DNA from: a virus
Lineage: Duplodnaviria > Caudoviricetes
Virus record (IMG/VR): IMGVR_UViG_3300047550_004018
Coordinates: 1-24,761 of that record
Length of the DNA: 24,761 bases
Direction: 5' to 3' (one strand)
Positions 1-6,791 of this stretch are shown here, one piece after another. The position numbers were made by a program, and so were the translations under genes. The notes beneath the pieces are model-generated. The model had not been told where the DNA came from. It searched no databases and worked only from the letters and a program-made list of their open reading frames with translations. Position 1 is the stretch's first letter, and each line of letters opens with the position of its first letter.

Positions 1-218
1 TTATCTAAACCACTCAATACGGCCGGGGTGATCGGTTTAGTGAATCCTTCTGTGTATTCTATAATATAGTTCAGATGGTTTTCTATTTCTACAATCGGGT
101 TGATAGATTCTAATCTATCTAACCCTGTGTACCATCCATAATAGTGATCATATATGTCCCCTAACTGGCGGGAACAAACAGTTTCCCAAGAATCAGAAAC
201 CCAATTACTTTTCATCAT
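1..218 (-). CDS. Hypothetical protein, 3'-truncated at window edge (MMKSNWVSDSWETVCSRQLG...)
   Basis: Not in the ORF track. Frame is open from ATG 218 to the edge; the start overlaps the stop of 215..457 (ATGA coupling). Confidence 0.65.
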   Translation of the reverse strand, partial: MMKSNWVSDSWETVCSRQLGDIYDHYYGWYTGLDRLESINPIVEIENHLNYIIEYTEGFTKPITPAVLSGLD

Positions 219-457
219 ATTAACCTTTCGTTATTTCTATCAACATGTTCACCCGACATGAAACACACGTAACCACATTTTTGACACATCACCTCATATA
301 AAGAATCGTGACGTTCCAAAACCCATAGGTTGAGCCAGTGGTTTCGGTCGCCACACGTGACGCACGTCTCTGGATAGAAGCCTTTGTTGATGGCGATATC
401 GGGGATGTATTGTCCTTTTAAAGATGTTTTGCATGAAGGACAAACATGATGTTCCAT
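215..457 (-). CDS. Small Cys-rich (zinc-ribbon-like) hypothetical protein
   Basis: Three CxxC pairs (CPSC, CVTC, CQKC); extended -10 TGATAGAAT lies 6 nt upstream of the ATG. Confidence 0.7.
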   Translation of the reverse strand: MEHHVCPSCKTSLKGQYIPDIAINKGFYPETCVTCGDRNHWLNLWVLERHDSLYEVMCQKCGYVCFMSGEHVDRNNERLI

Positions 458-482
458 GAACCCATTCTATCATCTTTATATT

Positions 483-851
483 CTAGCCGTTCATCCAAGC
501 AGAAGCATGTTCTTCACATAACGTTTTTAAACGTTTGGCGTTTTCTCTTTGCCGGCCGGGTTTACCGCACATTTCACATGTTTTAGCAGATTCATGTTCT
601 GCTTCACGAACATATCTGTCCATAGCCTCCAGCACGGCGGTTTCTTTCACATCGGTTGCATAATAGAACCTTAAAGCCCCAAACTTTTCTTTGATTTGAA
701 GAACCTGATAGTCTGGGTCAAGCATAGATAGTTTTCTATCTAACCTAATTAAAATATCGTTCCAGCCGGCTTCAGGTAGATACCGATCAGCACCCATTTT
801 CTTATATATATTTTCCATTGTCATATTACATAACCTCACATAATTTCCCAT
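483..851 (-). CDS. Conserved phage hypothetical protein (QIKEKFGxLRFY motif, C-terminal Cys/His cluster)
   Basis: Recognisable QIKEKFGALRFYY and CEMCGKPG...TLCEEH motifs seen in many phages. The start may be a later Met. Confidence 0.75.
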   Translation of the reverse strand: MGNYVRLCNMTMENIYKKMGADRYLPEAGWNDILIRLDRKLSMLDPDYQVLQIKEKFGALRFYYATDVKETAVLEAMDRYVREAEHESAKTCEMCGKPGRQRENAKRLKTLCEEHASAWMNG

Positions 852-854
852 CAG

Positions 855-927
855 AGCCGAATACAGGAATCGAACCCGTGACCTACCGCTTACAAGGCGG
901 TTGCTCTACCTACTGAGCTAATTCGGC
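855..927 (-). tRNA. trnT: tRNA-Thr (anticodon UGU), no encoded CCA
   Basis: Minus strand reads GCCGAATTAGCTCAGTAGGTAGAGCAACCGCCTTGTAAGCGGTAGGTCACGGGTTCGATTCCTGTATTCGGCT: 7-bp acceptor stem, D arm, anticodon loop CTTGTAA, GTTCGA T-loop. Confidence 0.97.
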
Positions 928-929
928 AA

Positions 930-968
930 AAAAACTTAGTATATCTATTTTAGATAATCTAAGTTTTT
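930..968. promoter_or_regulatory. AT-rich inverted repeat (18-nt arms, 16/18 match) overlapping the putative tRNA -10 (TATACT, minus strand)
   Basis: aaaaacttagtatatcta-ttt-tagataatctaagttttt; on the minus strand it ends in a T7 run just before the tRNA. Confidence 0.45.
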
Positions 969-1233
969 ATGCATGTTCTTTACCACAAATTCTACATAAA
1001 AAATATTTTGATTTTTTCCTTTGAGAGTTTTGACGAAACTTGTTGAATAATCTATTTAGTTTTTTTCTTACTCCAACTGCTGGATAACAAGATGCCTCAA
1101 GCAGCATAATTTCAACTCGCAGACGTTCAATCTCATCAGCGGCGTGTTCGTCAATGAAGGCATTTCCATCCGCCCCATTACTAAAGAGAACTATCGCTCT
1201 TTCCCGTAGTCGGGTCACGATGTCGTCAGTCAC
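967..1233 (-). CDS. DDIVTRLR/AADEIERLR paralogue 4 (hypothetical coiled-coil protein)
   Basis: Shares both motifs with its neighbours; GTG start overlaps the upstream stop. Confidence 0.75.
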   Translation of the reverse strand: MTDDIVTRLRERAIVLFSNGADGNAFIDEHAADEIERLRVEIMLLEASCYPAVGVRKKLNRLFNKFRQNSQRKKSKYFLCRICGKEHA

Positions 1234-1549
1234 AGCGGGTCTCCTCGTAGGCCGTTATCGCATCTTCCCAACTGTCGAACACTCCCCAGTTGGGGCCATG
1301 CCCAACAGTCAAACGATATAAGCGTTCCAGCCAGTTACGTTGCTGGTCAATCTGTTCGGCGGCGCGCACATACATTCCCTCATGCGCTCGGACAAGTCCC
1401 TGTAACTGAAGAGATTCAAGACGTAGCCGTTCAATCTCGTCAGCGGCAAGACAGCACGGGCATTTCCCTTCGGGGGTGCATGAGTTTTCCCATTGTCCGA
1501 AATCACAAAAATCTTCCCGCAGTCGGGTCACGATGTCGTCGCTCATCAC
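1226..1549 (-). CDS. DDIVTRLR/AADEIERLR paralogue 3 (Cys-rich variable middle)
   Basis: SDDIVTRLRE...CTPEGKCPCCL-AADEIERLR; overlapping start and stop codons. Confidence 0.8.
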   Translation of the reverse strand: MMSDDIVTRLREDFCDFGQWENSCTPEGKCPCCLAADEIERLRLESLQLQGLVRAHEGMYVRAAEQIDQQRNWLERLYRLTVGHGPNWGVFDSWEDAITAYEETRCD

Positions 1550-1818
1550 TTCACCGCCTTTGCCTCTGCCAACAGCATTTCAACATTTGCTTTCAGGTAC
1601 TCGTTCTGTTCCCGTAGACGTTCAATCTCGGTGTTGAGTTCGTAGGTTTCCAACTTCCATTCCGATGCCCTGTCGGATGCCCACCGCACTTGTTCTTGCA
1701 GTCGCTCAATCTCATCAGCGGCTTCTTCCATCGCCCACTTACCTGTTGCGGCGCTGTAATCGGCCCAAATGTTCTTTACGCTGTTCCGAAGTCGGGTCAC
1801 AATGTCGTCAGTCACCAC
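1546..1818 (-). CDS. DDIVTRLR/AADEIERLR paralogue 2 (EIERL motif duplicated)
   Basis: TDDIVTRLRN...AADEIERLQ...TEIERLR. Confidence 0.8.
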   Translation of the reverse strand: MVTDDIVTRLRNSVKNIWADYSAATGKWAMEEAADEIERLQEQVRWASDRASEWKLETYELNTEIERLREQNEYLKANVEMLLAEAKAVK

Positions 1819-2044
1819 GCACCGCCTGTTTCAATAGTTCCAGCGCATCGCTGTCTGTTGCGGGGGTGGCGTAGCAGTCGCTGATTGTCATCACATAGTC
1901 CACGATGGCTTTGCGCAGTCGTTCAATCTCGTCGGCGGCTGCATACATAAGAATAGGGGCATCCCATGTATTAGAAGAACCTGTGGTTATAGTGTCATAA
2001 TATGAATCTGATACTTCTCTAAGTTTTTCAGGAAGATTATTCAC
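1808..2044 (-). CDS. AADEIERLR paralogue 1 (divergent, AT-rich N-terminus)
   Basis: MNNLPEKLRE...AAADEIERLR; GTGA overlap with the upstream gene. Confidence 0.75.
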   Translation of the reverse strand: MNNLPEKLREVSDSYYDTITTGSSNTWDAPILMYAAADEIERLRKAIVDYVMTISDCYATPATDSDALELLKQAVRGD

Positions 2045-2466
2045 GACTTATCTTTAGCTCTTTCTTCAACTGGATCAGTAATCTTGTATGTCCCTCTAGC
2101 AACACGATGAAAGTAGCCTCTATTGGCATTAATGTAATTATATAACGTAGGTGTAGAAATCTGGCATGATTCAATAATGGAATTTGAAGTCAAAATTTTA
2201 CCAATGTTATCTTTAATATAGGTATCCAAAACATTTGTTTTGGAACCACGCTTCTTTTTATCTACTTTAGCAATCTCACCAAAGTTAAAGTAATCCCACC
2301 ATTTAACAGCCATCTCTTCTGAGAGAGAATAGTAGGATTTAATTTCTTTTAAAGAACGACCATCTCTAACACCATAGACAATACAGCAGGCTGCTCTGTG
2401 ATCTTCACCTGTTGCTTCCTTGGGTAGACTTTGTAGGTGTCTTTCGACCTGTTGACTTGTTAGCAT
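2041..2466 (-). CDS. Hypothetical protein, possible helix-turn-helix DNA-binding
   Basis: IIESCQISTPTLYNYI resembles an HTH recognition helix; basic linker. Confidence 0.6.
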   Translation of the reverse strand: MLTSQQVERHLQSLPKEATGEDHRAACCIVYGVRDGRSLKEIKSYYSLSEEMAVKWWDYFNFGEIAKVDKKKRGSKTNVLDTYIKDNIGKILTSNSIIESCQISTPTLYNYINANRGYFHRVARGTYKITDPVEERAKDKS

Positions 2467-2791
2467 TGGATACCTTCTTTCTTGCTGGAATCTTCTTTAC
2501 TTGAATGCTACTGACATTGGAAGCGGTTGCCGTTTCCTGTGGTAAGCAGTACCGGAACTTTACCACACAATTCTTCAGCACGGCGGTTCCAGCGGAATAT
2601 TTTCCTGTGTCAATTTCGTAAGTGCAGGCGACATAATAATATTTATCATCTTCTGCAACGAGATAACCGATTGCGGATAAAATTAAAAGTTCATGTTTAT
2701 GTGTCTGGTCAAACCAGTCGTCACCAAGGCTGTAGTGATCTTCCCAAAAGATTTCTACAATCGGCGGCATAGCAGGGCGATTCTTTTTCAT
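2405..2791 (-). CDS. Conserved phage hypothetical protein (IVEIxWxD...GYLV family)
   Basis: GGAGG SD upstream of the ATG; motif pattern common in phage hypotheticals. Confidence 0.75.
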   Translation of the reverse strand: MKKNRPAMPPIVEIFWEDHYSLGDDWFDQTHKHELLILSAIGYLVAEDDKYYYVACTYEIDTGKYSAGTAVLKNCVVKFRYCLPQETATASNVSSIQVKKIPARKKVSNANKSTGRKTPTKSTQGSNR

Positions 2792-2805
2792 AAGCCTCCA
2801 ATGTT

Positions 2806-2865
2806 AGGAGCGGCCCCTGCACCATAAAGAAACTTTCGTACTCCCTACAGCCAAGAGCCGCTCCT
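2806..2865 (-). ncRNA. Candidate structured RNA / 5'-leader hairpin with GAAA tetraloop
   Basis: AGGAGCGGCUCUUG-G-CUGUAGGGAG-U-AC-GAAA-GU-UUCUUUAUGG-UG-CAGGGGCCGCUCCU: about 27 bp with 8 G.U pairs. Extended -10 TGATACAAT at 2872-2880. Confidence 0.6.
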
Positions 2866-2877
2866 GCGACCATTGTA

Positions 2878-3081
2878 TCACTTTTTGTCTAAATGCCAAT
2901 GAATATGGTTATCTAATTTTTTGTCAACTTTTTCTACATCTTCATGTAAATCGGCTAAGAATGTCATAACACTATCATGATCTTGTTTATTTTCTTTTCT
3001 AAACTTTTCAATTATTGCTACAACCACTGTGCCCATTGTCGCAATGCAGGCGACAAGGATGGAGGCAAGAGCCGCATCCAA
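2878..3081 (-). CDS. Small membrane protein (N-terminal TM helix + coiled coil; holin-like architecture)
   Basis: Hydrophobic ALASILVACIATMGTVVVAII followed by a charged helix ending LDNHIHWH. Confidence 0.65.
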   Translation of the reverse strand: MDAALASILVACIATMGTVVVAIIEKFRKENKQDHDSVMTFLADLHEDVEKVDKKLDNHIHWHLDKK

Positions 3082-3084
3082 GGG

Positions 3085-3453
3085 TCACTCTCCAAAGATT
3101 TTATCAACGATTTCTTCGGGAGTTAACTCAAAATCGCCGTACTCTTCAACATGGTCTTTCAGAATCTGAATAAGATCAGCCTTTTTAACCGGGTCAAGAG
3201 GAACTTTCGTCGGAGCCGGCGCTGCGGGGTCAGGGCTGTCTGTCGATGTGCCCTTTGTACCAATATTGGCACCCTGCTTCTTCTCAGGATTAAGAGGAAC
3301 TTCTTTCATAGCCTTTCCAAGCTCATCCGACTGCTCGGCATGCCATTCGGCGGCAGTAAGATGCGACTTAGCCATATCTTCATGCCAAGCCTTCATAGCA
3401 TCATGCTTTCTTTTAACAACCTGAACGTTGTCATAGGGAAGTTGAATAATCAT
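3085..3453 (-). CDS. Hypothetical protein (start re-called to ATG 3453, MIIQLPYD...)
   Basis: AAGGAG SD just upstream of ATG 3453 removes the 77-nt overlap; internal repeat VPL(N/D)P(E/V)KK. Confidence 0.7.
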   Translation of the reverse strand: MIIQLPYDNVQVVKRKHDAMKAWHEDMAKSHLTAAEWHAEQSDELGKAMKEVPLNPEKKQGANIGTKGTSTDSPDPAAPAPTKVPLDPVKKADLIQILKDHVEEYGDFELTPEEIVDKIFGE

Positions 3454-3463
3454 TTTTATCTCC

Positions 3464-4879
3464 TTATTTAGTACTTCTGGGATGAGCCTTGGGTAAAAGG
3501 TCATTATCCGTTGTGTAGTTAGGGTTAGAAGGTCTGCCATTTCTCAAAAGATAGAGATAAGCGTTAACTCTAGCCATTGCCCAACCACCTCTTGTCATAC
3601 CCGGACGGTGAGAAGTTGAGAATGCGCCAGCACCACGCCTATAAACAGCCTTTAATGCACCCATTGTAGCCTTTTTGCCGGCACTGTCGCCGTGCTTTTT
3701 GTTGTGTTGTTCCATTTTTGCTTTCAGAGACGCTGTAACTGAGCCTCCAAATGTAACAGAACCACCCGACTGTGCGGAGCCGGGCTTGTTTCTTGTAGAG
3801 CCTCTGCGCCTCTCAGAAGGCTTAGCCGGCGTTTTTCTAGGGTCATTAGGGCCGGGGCGACCATAAGTAACTTTTTCTACCTCAGAGCCGGCTTCTCCGA
3901 TCAAATTTTCAGGAATAATCCATAGTTTACAGATAGCATTTGGTTCAATTTGACCAGAAACAATCTCACAACCTTGTCCACCTTCATAAAATACACAATT
4001 TGCACAAATTAACCCTTCATTTTTGAATGGATTTTTTTCTGCTGATGCATAATGAGCGCCATTTCGGCCGGCTGACTGGTCAAACTTGCCATATTTTTCA
4101 ACAATGTCTTCATAACCTTCATATTGAGCTGACTGCATAGGCGATAAATTGGGATGTTCAGACATTTCTTCATCTTCTTCCTCTTCTTCACCATCTTCTT
4201 CATCATTTTCTTCTTCTTCTGAATCAATCATGCTAATTAAAACTAAATCGGCAAGATCAAAAGAGTCTAAAAACTTTTCGTAAGACTCAACTTCTTGTTC
4301 AAGAAGGAATTCATTAAGAAAATCGTATTTTGTTTCGTCTTCCATGTCGGAATCATCACCATCCATATCAACAACTCCGTCTGGAATAACAGCAAATCTG
4401 CATTTACCTTCAGGATTGACTGTTTGCTCTATAATTTTGCAAACATTATTGCCTTCGTAAAGGACGCAATTGGCACATTTAACACCAATTTCTTTTTCAT
4501 CGTTCTCTTCAGGACTTTCATAGCCAGCCCAGATGCCTGTACCATCTTCATTAAACTTTCCATATTTCTGGGCGATGGCCGCAAGAGCCATTGCAAGCAT
4601 TGCCTCATCTTGTGTAAGGTCTTCGGCTACCTTTTTAATCTTTTTCTTCCTCTTTGGATAACCCTGCTGCGGCTTTTTTATTCCAGACCCCATAGAAGTC
4701 GTGGTGATTTCATTTGCCCTTGTGATATCAATATCACCTATTGCAATTCCCTGTGCTAGAGCTTTTTTTCGTGCAGTTTTCTTTGATTCTTCACTATCAG
4801 GATTGTAAATATAGCATTTACCAGCATCGCCCCATTTATATCCGGGTTTGCCATTGTCAGAACAGGAATTTATAGGCAT
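3464..4879 (-). CDS. Modular protein with two HiPIP-like 4-Cys domains, acidic linkers and a basic C-terminal domain
   Basis: CANCVLY..C..I...V.PEGKC and CANCVFY..C.IVSGQIEPNAIC..W; C-terminal LKAVYRRGAGAFSTSHRPG...WAMARVN module. Confidence 0.8.
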   Translation of the reverse strand: MPINSCSDNGKPGYKWGDAGKCYIYNPDSEESKKTARKKALAQGIAIGDIDITRANEITTTSMGSGIKKPQQGYPKRKKKIKKVAEDLTQDEAMLAMALAAIAQKYGKFNEDGTGIWAGYESPEENDEKEIGVKCANCVLYEGNNVCKIIEQTVNPEGKCRFAVIPDGVVDMDGDDSDMEDETKYDFLNEFLLEQEVESYEKFLDSFDLADLVLISMIDSEEEENDEEDGEEEEEDEEMSEHPNLSPMQSAQYEGYEDIVEKYGKFDQSAGRNGAHYASAEKNPFKNEGLICANCVFYEGGQGCEIVSGQIEPNAICKLWIIPENLIGEAGSEVEKVTYGRPGPNDPRKTPAKPSERRRGSTRNKPGSAQSGGSVTFGGSVTASLKAKMEQHNKKHGDSAGKKATMGALKAVYRRGAGAFSTSHRPGMTRGGWAMARVNAYLYLLRNGRPSNPNYTTDNDLLPKAHPRSTK

Positions 4880-4899
4880 AGTTCTAATATATTATCATA

Positions 4900-5187
4900 C
4901 TACTGATAAATTGTATAAAGATTTTCTTGTGTCCAGCGTTGAACTGGTATTTTTACATCTCTAAAGTATTCAAATGCCTCTTCTGAAGAATAATAGATTC
5001 TTGCATAGGCTTTCATAGCACCTTCATCATAGACCGGACATTTAGGGTTTGGGTCTAAATATAGAGCCTTAAAATGATATTTATCATTTTCATAATGAAT
5101 AGCATTTACTATTTTAAGTAAACTATTGCAGTATGGACATATTTTTTCTGGGTATGGAAAATCTGGAATAACTCTTCCAATAAGCAT
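4900..5187 (-). CDS. Hypothetical protein (CPYC motif)
   Basis: Tightly packed co-directional ORF; TAAATG junction. Confidence 0.7.
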   Translation of the reverse strand: MLIGRVIPDFPYPEKICPYCNSLLKIVNAIHYENDKYHFKALYLDPNPKCPVYDEGAMKAYARIYYSSEEAFEYFRDVKIPVQRWTQENLYTIYQ

Positions 5188-5430
5188 TTAGACTCCGAAT
5201 GTTTTATTATTGATAATGTAATCAATAATTTCACTAACCTTTTCTTGGGCGATTTCTATTCCATCCATTAAAGAATGAAGTTCATCTAAAGTTAATTGAT
5301 AATTATTATCAGGTGATACAATAACCATTGCCGGCGCATAACCATTTTCATGCGGAACGCCTTTAATTAAAATATATAAACTATTTATATCTTCTAAATC
5401 AACTTTATCAGTGTATGGTGTAATTTTCAA
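5188..5430 (-). CDS. Hypothetical protein
   Basis: Packed co-directional ORF with TTG start. Confidence 0.65.
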   Translation of the reverse strand: MKITPYTDKVDLEDINSLYILIKGVPHENGYAPAMVIVSPDNNYQLTLDELHSLMDGIEIAQEKVSEIIDYIINNKTFGV

Positions 5431-5597
5431 TTATTTGAACCTTTTAAGCCGGCAATGATTAACATTGCATGGAATAGAGCAATTGGGCCAAGATACCCGG
5501 TATCAATATCAAAAGAAAGCTGGATTCCCATTTTAAATAAGAATGCAAAACTAAAAATTATTGTTAAATATATAATTATAAAATTAATGTATTTCAT
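5427..5597 (-). CDS. Small two-helix membrane protein (start re-called to ATG 5597)
   Basis: ATGA overlap with the thyX stop; two hydrophobic stretches. Confidence 0.6.
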   Translation of the reverse strand: MKYINFIIIYLTIIFSFAFLFKMGIQLSFDIDTGYLGPIALFHAMLIIAGLKGSNN

Positions 5598-6355
5598 ATT
5601 GCTTCTCTTCCATTCTGAATCCAAGCAGTATATGTACTTGGCAAGCAACTTGCAAACATCATTTCAATTTCTTCTGCATAAGCGGCAATCTCATATTGAG
5701 CATGTGAATCATTTCTAAGAGATAAGAAATTCATTAAACTTCTAGCATTTACAGTCCAGATAAATTCTGTGTATTGTCCTACAGGGAGAACAGAGCGTGC
5801 CAACTCTTTAGCTACACCTTTTTCAAGCAAAGTTCTGTAGGCTTTTTCTGCTACTGTATAAACTAAGCCAAACTGATACTCGACTTCATCTGCAATAACT
5901 TCAGTGTCTGTAAAAGATTCAAAGAAATAAGCACCGGGTTTTCCAACTTGTTTTCTAATTGTATGAGTTTCTGGTATAAAAAATTCTAATTTTTCTGGAA
6001 CATGATATCTCATACTCATTTCATTAAATGATGACCATCTATGTCTAAACCACTCTCTTGCAATAAAAATTGGGCACTTAACATGAAACTTAAACACAGC
6101 ATGTTCAAATGGAGTAGCGTGCTTATTCTTTATCAGATAATTAATTAATCCCTCAGATCGTTCAGTCATTTCAGTATCATAAGAAGCAAATGATACTCTT
6201 GCGGCATTAACAATGCTTAAATCATTGCCAATATATTCAATTAATGAAACTTCACCAGCATTAAGTACATTTTCTTTATAAATGTAATTCTTAGACTCAT
6301 GCTTGTGATTAATTGTTTGAATATCTTTAATTTTTAATGTAGGGCGGTTTCTCAT
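5594..6355 (-). CDS. thyX: FAD-dependent thymidylate synthase
   Basis: ThyX signature RHRxxSxxxxSxR (RHRWSSFNEMSMRY), plus AARVS, HATPFEH, ELARSVLP and HAQYEI. ATG 6355 lies 7 nt below TGCTAGAGT (the ORF track starts at 6364). Confidence 0.97.
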   Translation of the reverse strand: MRNRPTLKIKDIQTINHKHESKNYIYKENVLNAGEVSLIEYIGNDLSIVNAARVSFASYDTEMTERSEGLINYLIKNKHATPFEHAVFKFHVKCPIFIAREWFRHRWSSFNEMSMRYHVPEKLEFFIPETHTIRKQVGKPGAYFFESFTDTEVIADEVEYQFGLVYTVAEKAYRTLLEKGVAKELARSVLPVGQYTEFIWTVNARSLMNFLSLRNDSHAQYEIAAYAEEIEMMFASCLPSTYTAWIQNGREAI

Positions 6356-6551
6356 ACGAAGCACTCTAGCACACGAAGCGAACCGTTGTGCAAAAAAAAG
6401 ATTTGATTTTTCCTCACGAATTCATGAACGTATGCTAGTGTGCTTATACTAGCGAAGCAAGCAAATACTCTAAGTGTATAAGCACGCTAAGCACGCTGGC
6501 ATGCTTGATTGCTAAGTATGCTTATTATAGGAATCGGAGTATAATTATTTT
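6356..6551. promoter_or_regulatory. Divergent promoter region with inverted and tandem repeats (possible replication origin)
   Basis: Strand switch point. TAGAGT (-, 6363-6368) and TATAAT (+, 6540-6545); inverted repeat 6436-6449/6476-6489; tandem taagcacgc x2. Confidence 0.6.
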
Positions 6552-6791
6552 ATGGAAATTATCGCTATAGCCGAGTCTGACGACTGCGGCCCTTTTGTGA
6601 TTACTGATGCTGATTTAATTTCAGTTATGAAAGTCGGTGATTTATATTTGGCTGCTACCCGTTGTGCTTATAGAAATACTCCGATCACCTGTGAAATTAG
6701 TAAAGAAGATGCCTTTGCTTTGCTTGAAAAGGGTGTACAATGTCTGGATATTGAAAAGCAGAATCTAAGTACATTCTATGAGGAAAGTTAG
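6552..6791 (+). CDS. Hypothetical protein
   Basis: ATG 6 nt after TATAAT; overlaps the next gene. Confidence 0.7.
   Translation: MEIIAIAESDDCGPFVITDADLISVMKVGDLYLAATRCAYRNTPITCEISKEDAFALLEKGVQCLDIEKQNLSTFYEES

Larger units (their letters stand above)
1118..1939. repeat. Two interleaved families of in-gene direct repeats
   Basis: Family A, agtcgggtcac(g/a)atgtcgtc, at 1208, 1521 and 1790. Family B, cg(t/c)tcaatctc(a/g)tc(a/g)gcggc, at about 1124, 1428, 1703 and 1920, with a partial copy at about 1619. Confidence 0.9.

Noticed and set aside
855-927. tRNA as a prophage attachment site
   Set aside because: No duplicated tRNA 3' end or integrase in the window, and phage-like genes lie on both sides.
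1118-1939. Repeats as a CRISPR array
   Set aside because: Spacing is about 270-310 nt, two repeat types alternate, all lie in frame within ORFs, and there are no cas genes.
2825-2850. Hairpin loop AGUAC-GAAA-G as a sarcin-ricin loop mimic or SRP RNA
   Set aside because: The 3' strand is UUU rather than the GAA/GAC needed for the bulged-G motif, and the SRP CAGG/AGCA internal loop is absent.
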